DNA of 64,000 nt from the NCBI GenBank assembly GCA_043228905.1, contig JBHGNT010000001.1, forward strand, positions 30,752,001-30,816,000, given 5' to 3'. The notes beneath the pieces were generated by a model, which was not told the DNA's origin, made no database searches, and was given only the letters and a program-made list of their open reading frames with translations. This DNA is from Azolla caroliniana. Lineage: Eukaryota > Plantae > Polypodiophyta. Position numbers and translations under genes: made by a program. This document shows positions 14,122 to 23,163 of this stretch, piece by piece (within the stretch, counting starts at the first letter, position 1; every line of letters begins with the position of its first letter).

Positions 14122-15682
14122 CTGGAAAAGAAATAGGATAAGGTCAGAGATATAGTCATAACATCTTGTCGTGATGTAAACATATCATGGGCGAGCATTA
14201 ATCGATATCATTATCTCACGTCAATACCCCTCTAGACGTATGAGATGAGGTTCAAGATCAGGTTACTATGGTAACACAAAGGTGTTTTAAAAACCATGGG
14301 GGTGACAAATAAATGTCTTTCCCTGATCTCTATATCGATTTTTTCATGGTGGCTCCCCGAGGCTCAACCATGTATGTTCGCGTCATGAATAGTTTATACA
14401 CGAAAAAAAATGTTAACAATAAACTATGTTTCGGTGCCCACATAAGTGGTTTCGGCTCTTTAAGTCCTATTACGAGGACCCCGAGGTGCACTTAGACCTT
14501 AAGTCTAAACATGTGTTATAGTCATATGTATCAAGGATGTTGTATGGTCTTGGTCATATTTGAACTCGAGACCTCGAGAACAAATACATTAAACACTTGA
14601 GCCAACCAAGTAAGTTGCTCTTCTCGAATGCTTAATGTTTGATGCGTATAAGAGATATGCGAGGCAATTGATCATATACGTTTTTTTAAAAGAACATATA
14701 TGTCAAGGGTCCTTATTTCGCCCTCATTTACCAACACTATGTTGGTACGTTACCTAACCTCAAGTCTCGTAATTACGATGGCATATGTCAAAGGGCAACC
14801 TAATGGTCAAGCCAAATGAGCCCTCGTTTCGTAGTAGGCTCACGTGGGCCATCACATGGTCACGTCATTACGAATGCCTCTCGTAAGAACGAGCTCATGG
14901 TGGCATCGTATCCATGTAACGAGGGAAGGATGTTGGATACGTGCGTCATTGGAGCAACCTCACTTGAAGTGGGTCAAGCCCTACGTACTCAACATCATTT
15001 TGGCTATTGGCGTTTCTTTACGTAACGAAATCGAGGTCGTCAACGGGGTTATCAACAATAAAAAAATGTTGAAAAAGGGATGGTGACAACGCCATTCTCA
15101 CAAAAATGTGAGGACGGCCACCAACATCCTTTTCCCGATCATGACAACTTTCGATATAATCACGTAATAACGAATATACACATATGGTTACTTATCACAT
15201 ATATACGATTAAATACGTATATATGTGACCACATATGCCTATATTCAACATATCGTTATAGTAAATAGCCACAAATGATGTGATCGAGATACGTAATCGA
15301 GGTATATACCTCTACGCACACGAAACATCCACAAATAAGAGATCATCGTAATACGCAATGGAGGTATTGACCTCTTACGCATACGAGACCAAACGCATAT
15401 CGTTTACAATAAATCAAGGTATTAAACTCATACGCAAACGTAACATATGTTCGTGAACGTAATACGTAATTGAGGTATTAACCTCGTACGCATACGACAC
15501 TCATCACATATTATTAACATGTCAAACGAGGTATTGACCCCGTGCACATATGTAAACGTTTTAGATAATCAATTAAAGACCACTACAACATCATTGATTT
15601 AATGAAAAAAATTACATATAAACTAAACACATGATTAGATGGGAGAAGAGAGAATAGAAAGAAAAATTCTAGAAAGAGTTAC
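14122..15682 (-). other. Putative 1561-nt intron in the retrotransposon 5' leader
   Basis: Donor CG|GTAACT at 15682. Acceptor region ctctgaccttatcctatttcttttccAG| (branch-like CTGAC plus polypyrimidine tract) ends at 14122, 12 nt before the gag ATG. Confidence 0.55.
15289..15550. repeat. Five-unit degenerate array, ~56-bp period, with hairpin core GAGGT-N4-ACCTC
   Basis: Cores start at 15299, 15361, 15416, 15472 and 15528, mostly flanked by CGTAAT/TACGCA-like motifs. Confidence 0.8.
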
Positions 15683-15787
15683 CGAAGTTCTTTGTTGATC
15701 GTTGTCTGGATCAAGGCCAACCGCACAACGATCGATCAGCATCAATCAAAAGACAAATGAAAAACAAAGAAACATTAGTACAAAAAA

Positions 15788-15797
15788 TCTGATACCA
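15788..15797 (-). other. Primer binding site complementary to the 3' end of initiator tRNA-Met
   Basis: TGGTATCAGA two nt downstream of the 5' LTR on the - strand. Confidence 0.9.
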
Positions 15798-15799
15798 AA

Positions 15800-16254
15800 T
15801 ATTATAGATCTTAGTACTAACGTAAGCTTAAGATAAGGATAATGAAAAGATAGATAGAAAGGAGAAAGAGAAAGAAGGGTGCCGATCCACCCGACCACCC
15901 CCGAGCGAAGGGATCGAGACGGACGCGAGCCTCGATCGGCGTCCCATACCACCGTCGTGGCGTCGAGTCGTACCTGGTGCTGGCGCGCTCGCTACAAGAG
16001 TTGACCCACCACACGAGCAGAGTCTCGATGTAGTCAAAAGATGATCAAATGAGGGTAGCTAGGCCTCTTATTTATAGCGAAACCCAAGGCCCCCAGGCAA
16101 GTTCACACTTGACCTAATGGGTTGTCTCAATCCCGAGGATTAAAAGTAATCCTCCCCTTCTTTACACTCTCATTTAACCCTCACACTTATCCACGTGTAT
16201 AGATTACTACGGTAAATTCTTACCACGGGATATTATATGGTCATGCTCGTAACA
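15800..16254 (-). repeat. 5' LTR of the chromovirus
   Basis: 455-bp direct repeat of 9235-9689, followed on the - strand by the PBS. Confidence 0.95.
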
Positions 16255-18126
16255 TAGAGGAGCAACTAACACATCCCCATTAACGTGAAGTCCCACTTGG
16301 CAGCCCAAGTAACGAATAATGGTTCCATCAGGAACCCATTTGAATTCATGCAAAGGCATCCAAGTAGGCAACGGATTTGGTGATACCCAAAAACAAAGAG
16401 ATTTATGCCAATTTATCTTTGCTCTGGAGACCAAGCAGAATTCCTCCATCGCTACTTGTAATTTTCTCAAATTACCATCATTTCCTTGGACATAAATTGC
16501 AGTATCATCAACAAACTCTGAATCCAACAATTGTTGTTGCATTGAGGGCAAAGGCAAACCCTTAAGAGAAACTTGAGCATAATTTAAATACATTGAAAAT
16601 GTTTCCACTACTAGCAAAAACAAGAATGGGGCCAATGGAAACTATGTTTTTGCATGATTCTCCTCTAAGATACATGCACAATGTCTAGAAGAAACGGTTG
16701 CAATCGCATAGCCAACAACTTGGCATATATTTTGTAATTTGTATTTAATAGAGTAATGGGGCACCAACCCTTAACCTCATCTATAACTACATCACCTTTC
16801 AAAATGAGGCAAACCAAGCTCTCTTTCCACATTTGTGGCATAATACATGTATTAAACATTTCTTGAAATGCTGAAAGTAAATCGTTAGCAACCAAGTCCC
16901 AATATGTAAGGAAAACATTTCTCCCCATTCCATCTACTCTCGGGCAGACATCTGTCCTAATACCTTGGATAGCCTACAAAATTTCAAAGGAGGAAAATGG
17001 ACGGAGAAGCTGATGCGACATCCAAGATGATACATTGACGCATCTATAGAACTTCAGCACTCGAAATATCTGCTAATAACAAAGACTCATAATAATCGGC
17101 TACAATATGCCTCATTTCAAATCTATCTGTTGTGACAAAACCATCAGATCTTTTCAACTACATAATTTTATTTCTTTTAGCCATAACATTTTGATTATGT
17201 TTTTTGACATGGTGTCACGTTTTGCACACCATCTTGTTGTAGATGTTTGAAAAGAAAATTGTGCCTGTTTTTGTTGCAAAGAAGAAATCAACATCATAAC
17301 ACATTGCAAGTAAGAATGAATATATTGAGAATGAGGCTATTTTTCCTGCAAAATTTGAAGACAAGCCAAACCTCTCTTTGCATTAAGAAAACCTCTAGTG
17401 TAATTACGTTGTTTTATCTTAGCTTGTTGTACAAAGAAGTTGGAGACTACAATAAGAGCATTCAACAGTTTTTGACAATTGGAATCATCAACAACCATTC
17501 TCTAAAGTGAAAAAATTGAAAGTTGCAAAGTCATATCAACAACAATAAACCTTGGCACATACAATCGGGAAATAGAATTATGGTTGTCCATACAGAATTT
17601 AAGCAAAACCGGAGCTTGATCAGAGAATGAAGTGCCAGATACAATACCCAAATATCCTCCTCGATCCCAAAAATCAGAATCCACATAAAACTATCTATTT
17701 GGGACAAATTGAGACCAACAGTTCTTCGATTGGAACTCGAATATAACAAGGAAACTTGTATGCGAGAGAAAGTAGGAATATGCCACAAATCAGTAACTTC
17801 ATATCTAAACATTAGTTTCTCCCACTCACACAATTTTGAACCTGAGACAGTAATGAAACAAACAAATAATCTATCAGCAGGACTTTTAATCATGTTCCAA
17901 TCACCACACATACACCAATGTTGTGCCACGGGAAGATCTTGCAATAACATATTCCACAAATGAATTCTTCCCGTAGCAGAATTATGAGCTTAAATATTCA
18001 AAAAATCAATTAACTTTCCAAAAATAAGAATAAGCATATATTGAGCTCCACCACCATGCAAGACTCCTTTAGCCTACACATGAGACTGTCATTGTATTCT
18101 AAGTGCGATACAAAGACCACCTTGAG

Positions 18127-19603
18127 TGTCACGAACACACCAAGCGCGGACTAGGACGGAGCACAGATGATGGGGCTACGAGCGACAAATGAACTTGGAG
18201 CTAGATGTGACGAGGCTAGGAACTCTACATGTTGTGAGCGACATGAGGGCATGAAGATAGAAATCAAGATCAAGGAGACAAAGATGAGGCGAAACGAGAA
18301 TACTAGATTGATGTGTCAATGACTAGCGTTGAATACCTTGAAAGGGACCAAGGAGGTTTCAAGTATTTATACTGTGAGTTGAAGTACATGTATTAGAATA
18401 TTCTTGAGAATATTTTAGAGAAAATTCTAGAACCCTCTAGAACCTTCTAGTTCTAGAACTTTCTAAAAACTCCTAGAATGTGAATAGATAATCCGTGAAG
18501 ATATACATAACAGGATTATGTACTTGGATATGTTGGTTACAATATAACACTTGACTATAATACAAGAGGTCAAGAGTTCAAATCTTGACATTAACTATGT
18601 CATGTTTGTGATATTATCCTCCCCTTTACGACCGCCTTTTCGAAAGCATGGTGTAGAGGTGAACGAGAAGTGGTGGGTGTGAGAAACCATGTGTTGTCTT
18701 CGCTGGAAACACGAACATCAATGAACGTGAGTGACCATGTGCGCTCCTCACCTGGAATTGGAACACCAACGGGTTTGACCGACCACGTGCGGTCCTCTTC
18801 GAGAACTGGAACACGAATACCAATAGGCGTGAGTGACCATGTGCGGTCCTCACGGGGAACATGAACACCAACGGGCATGAGAGACCATGTTGGTCCTTGC
18901 CGAGAGTTGGAACACGAACACCAACGGGCGTGAGCGACCATGTGTGGTCCTCACGGGGAACTGGAACATGAACAACAACAGGCATGAGCAACCATGTCGG
19001 TCCTCGTCGGGATTTGGAACACAAACAATAGTAGGAGTGAGCGACCATGTGCGGTCCTCACTAGAGACTGGAACACGAATACCAACGGGCGTGAGTGACC
19101 ATGTGGCCCTCACCGAGAACGGGAAGACGAATGGACGTGAACGACCATGCGGCCCTCGCCAACAATTGGAACACGAACGGACGTGAGCGACACACGAGCA
19201 TGAAGACAGAGATGAAGAAGGAGACAAGATGGAATGAAACAAGAATACTATATTGATGTGTCAATGACTGGTGTTGATCCCTTGATGGGATCAAGGAGGT
19301 AACAACTATTTATACATGTTCCGAGATTGAATATCTCTAGAATATACTCAAGAAATATCTCTAGAATATACTCGAGAAATATCTCTAGAATATACTCGTC
19401 TAGAATATGTCGCACAATATTCTAGAATATACTACTGATTAGAATATTTTGATTCTTAATTGTACTATATGCTAGACTATAGAATACTAAATCATATACA
19501 AATGCATGCTCATATCAAAATGGTTGAGCATGACATCTTGTAGTTGTGAGGTTGCAGGTTCAATTCTTACTAACTACATATTTGACATCATTGTGTCGTG
19601 ACA
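18127..19603 (-). mobile_element. Small non-autonomous LTR element (TRIM-like, 1477 bp) inserted into the LINE endonuclease region
   Basis: Termini TGTCACGA...TCGTGACA and 5-bp TSD TTGAG (18122-18126, 19604-19608). Two diverged LTR-like blocks (18127-18613 and ~19183-19603) share gtgagcgaca..gaatacta(g/t)attgatgtgtcaatgact..caaggaggt..tatttatac. PPT AAAGGGGAGGATAA on the - strand at 18614-18627. Confidence 0.8.
18679..19195. repeat. Minisatellite inside the TRIM-like element, ~10 units of 46-54 bp
   Basis: Consensus approximately GTGAGCGACCATGTGCGGTCCTC(N)GGAACACGAACACCAACGGGC. Confidence 0.9.
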
Positions 19604-22113
19604 TTGAGTACTAGAGGGTCCAAAAGCCGGGATCCATTCATAAATCCAACTACCATGTAGTAATTGTCGAATCAATGCCATCCTTCACGAATTAAGATGG
19701 TGTTCTTGAAAACGTAACATATCAAGTCTACCAATAGAAGATAAAGATAGTTCTTGATTCAAGTAACATTTTACTCTATTACAATGACTCACACCTAATC
19801 CTTGAAGGTTCCAAGATAAAATGTTAAAATAATCCATATTAAGAGTGAGCGGGAGAATACCTCTTATCAGTCAAAACTCCTCGTCTCTCCTTTTGAGAAG
19901 ATGTTACTGCTCTTGTTATTCTTTTTTCCATACGAGAATCTTTGTATAAAACACGATGGTCTTTATGCACTCTATTTTTCTACTCCCAAACACTCCTATA
20001 CTATCCTTCGCAGAGGAAGAAACATAAGGCGATTGCCTGACTTCTGTCTACAAAACAACTGAATATGATCAAGCATCTGCCTTTGGACCCTTACATTCAA
20101 AAGAGGTTATCATTTTTTGAACTGACGTTTTAACTTTCGTCATAACTTGTTCTAGCAATAGGTTAATTACTAGAACAATTTCCAAAGAGAAAGTGGGAGC
20201 CGACATTCCTATATCTTTACGCAAAACATCCATACTACATTCATGCAATGCAAAGTGAGGGGGAATGACTGGAATAATCTCCATGGATGGAGCGGAAACC
20301 GACATTCCTATATCTTGCCGCAAAGTATCCTTACTATATTCATGCAATACAATTTGATGGGGATTGGAGCAAAGCATGTCAACACTTTTCCCTTTCCACA
20401 CATAATTCGAATATGTATCGAAAATCTTCTCTAACTGAATTTCATGAGGCAACAAAGTATTGACAACACTATTACTTTGATTATTCACAATGGCAATAGG
20501 CTTGACATGGGCAGCCGAACAATCTTTTGCCAAATGGCCAATTTTTTTACAAGACAAACACTGGTTGGGAAAACTAAAATAAAGCACTTTCTGAATTTTC
20601 TGAAACATATTACCTTGCAATTGAGGAAGACGAATCCAATTAGGTAAATTTGCATCCTTTTGACATAGTAGCTTGACAGACGGAGCTCCTCCTTTTTGGA
20701 CAATGTCCCTAAACGTAGATGAATTAACATGCAACACTCTTCCAATTGCTGCCCAATTTTGGGGAGAACCTCCCTCCATTCCTTATCTAGGCATGGGAAG
20801 ACAACTCAGTACACGTAAAGTAGCCTGTTGCATCGGCTTGTAGAATTGTCGTATCAAATCTGTGGGTCCATGGGAAAAAAAAAAAGAACCCATGCACCTA
20901 AGATGTCTACCGAGTGAATAGCAAGGAGATTACGAACAGAGGAATGGTTTGCAAACTCCAATTGATAGCAACCTCGGCCCATCGTATGTATATCACTAAT
21001 TTTATCGAGTTTCTCATGTGACGTTGCTTGAAGATGAAGATGAAGATCACCTCTGTTTGGTCATTTACCCAAGACCTGGGCAACAACCGAGCACTTCTCC
21101 AAGCCATTAACCTCATTGAGAACAACGAGCTCATCCTCTGGTGCCAACTGAACATCGATAGTATCATCAATCGTAGGAGAAGCAAGATCCGATTCGTTGG
21201 ATCTCTCCCTGGGTATTGGCGACGACGATGTAGGCATAAAATCTCTTCTCGTCGTCTATATGTTATTTTCCCTATTTCTGATTAAGTCGTTCTCTTGCTC
21301 TTTCTTGTTTTCTTTTTCCCCTGACCCTTCCTCCTCCCTACCACCACCACCACTAAGACTCCTACTTCTACTTCTTTGCCTTAGTTGTGAAGGATAAAAT
21401 AACAATTTTAAAAGAATTCAAACTTGTTCGAACTAATTTGTTGACCATGGGCAAAGATCTACAGATGTGTAGAGCGGCGGAATGAATTAGTCTCCCAATG
21501 TTTTTTTGTCTTTCTTATCCTGCGTAGGTAATGAAGCTTAGAGACAGGACTGAGTTGTTGTATAAGTAGATCCATGTGAGCTCCGTAGGGGCAGGAAAAT
21601 GGTGAGGATCTGTTGCATAGCGATAAAGAATGTTACACAAAGAATAGCCATGACAGAGAGATTGAACGTGACTCTACTAGGGATTAGTATTGTGTCTATT
21701 GGAGTACAACATTTGGCTTAAATAGTTTCCCAACTTGATTTAAGTTTCAAAATTATTAAATGGTTTGAGTTTGAGACTCCCGATCCAAAAGAGCAAAAAT
21801 AAAACCTTCGCAAGTTAATCCCTGGAAATATATAAAATGACAATAAAATGAATTGATTGTCTCGGTCTTTCTAGCTTTTATCATAATGGACTTATCCTAC
21901 TTGTTTCCTTTTTATCATGATGGTATGATCCTACTTGTAAGCTATTAGGCTATGAGCATTTTGGAAATATAGAATGTCACAATCAAATAAAACATATTCT
22001 CTCTTCTTCTTCTTCTTCTTTTCTCATAAATCAATGTTTGCTATTAAATCAAGATGACAATACAACCCTTGCTATCTTCACTACTTCATAAATAGTGATA
22101 GTGCAGGGGAAAC

Positions 22114-22117
<4 letters not shown>

Positions 22118-22171
<54 letters not shown>
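22118..22171. repeat. (CT)n microsatellite
   Basis: Direct reading. Confidence 0.95.
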
Positions 22172-22174
<3 letters not shown>

Positions 22175-22385
22175 TAGGGTTATTACTAATGGTTAGCCAA
22201 GTTTTACTACCATGTGCATGTAGGATCAACTCTCATTATATGCATTACCTAAATATTGTATTTTCCTCTCTTGAGTTTAGGTGCTACCATGTGGATGCAC
22301 ATTCAACTCTCATTATATGTATCACTTTACTAAATACCAATACATATTGCCTCCATTAGGTGATCAAAACACACACTTTGGCTTA

Positions 22386-22630
22386 CACAAGACGGGTTGG
22401 GAAAAAATATTTTATAACTTTTTTAAAACTAATGGAAGGATATTTTGTTTTGGAAAAAAACGCACACACACTATGGCCCTTGAGTTAGGGTTATATCCTA
22501 GTGGAAACATAGGGTTTACTATCCCATTCATCTAGGTTCAACTTTTTTTCTTTCTTTCAAAACAAATTATCCTTCCATTAGTTATAAAGAAAGGTCATAA
22601 CACAGTATTTTTTCCCAAACCCGTCTTGTG
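22386..22630. mobile_element. MITE with long imperfect TIRs and TA flanks (245 bp)
   Basis: TA|CACAAGACGGGTTGGGAAAAAATA...ACTAATGGAAGGATA..TTTGTTTTG is mirrored by CAAAACAAAT.TATCCTTCCATTAGT...TATTTTTTCCCAAACCCGTCTTGTG|TA. Confidence 0.75.
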
Positions 22631-23001
22631 TAGACAACAGTTGTGGAAACAAATCTATGTACTCCAACATAGAGAAAACATTCCAACAATTACAATCTAT
22701 TCCCTAGACACATTGCAAGGTATCCATATTCATAGGCAACAATGAAAGTAGTTCTATTCGGAAACAAACCCTCTCAGGTCATAGTTATGAGCCATTCAAT
22801 ACTTCTTCAACATGTACATCTTGGCTTCGAAGGCGATCAACTACGTTCTTTGGTTTTTCAAGAGAACCACTTTCCACATTTGTGGCTGTAAAGTCAACAA
22901 CTATGCTTCCTCTTTCCCCATCAACCATCTTGCTGGATTACCACCAAATTCTCGTACATACAACAATCTAGGTTCAACTTTAATTATACATATTACTTAC
23001 T

Positions 23002-23163
23002 AATTGCCAAATGTAGGAATTGAGCACATGGCAATAGAGATAAGGTTATAATTGTAAACTAAGTTTTTACTACCCAGTACCCAATTGCCAAATGTAAGAA
23101 TTGAACACATGGAAATAGAGATAAGGTTATAATTGTAAGCTAAGTTTTTACTACCTAGTACCC
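23002..23163. repeat. Two-copy ~81-bp tandem duplication
   Basis: aattgccaaatgta(g/a)gaattga..cacatgg..aatagagataaggttataattgtaa..ctaagtttttactacc..agtaccc occurs twice. Confidence 0.85.

Larger units (their letters stand above)
9235..16254 (-). mobile_element. Intact Ty3/Gypsy chromovirus LTR retrotransposon (7020 bp) inserted into the LINE RT region
   Basis: Two 455-bp LTRs, 5-bp TSD TAGAG (9230-9234 and 16255-16259), tRNA-Met-type PBS, PPT, and a single uninterrupted gag-pol ORF ending in a chromodomain. Confidence 0.97.
7134..21711 (-). mobile_element. Near full-length but degenerate L1-type LINE (~6.1 kb without its two insertions)
   Basis: In - strand order: ORF1 with zinc knuckle CLSCKKIGHLAKDC (20069-20779); endonuclease fragments (LSWNLQGL ~19800-19825; WCMCGDWNM 17531-17959); RT fragments (WCPITLLNTNYKIYAKLLAMRL, APFLFLLV, FVDDT, RYLG; 16260-16928); GGLGLVD (8817-9005); zf-RVT (7615-8033); T-run (poly-A) at 7134-7141. 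Probable TSD TTTGACATAAATAGTTT (7120-7136) / TTTGGCTTAAATAGTTT (21712-21728), 15/17 identical. Many stops and frameshifts. Confidence 0.85.

Noticed and set aside
15289-15550. CRISPR array
   Set aside because: Eukaryotic retrotransposon context, degenerate repeats and no cas genes. Kept only as a hairpin array.
18600-19294. Several overlapping repetitive ORFs
   Set aside because: Translations of the minisatellite with inconsistent frames; no protein motif apart from a possible pol tail.
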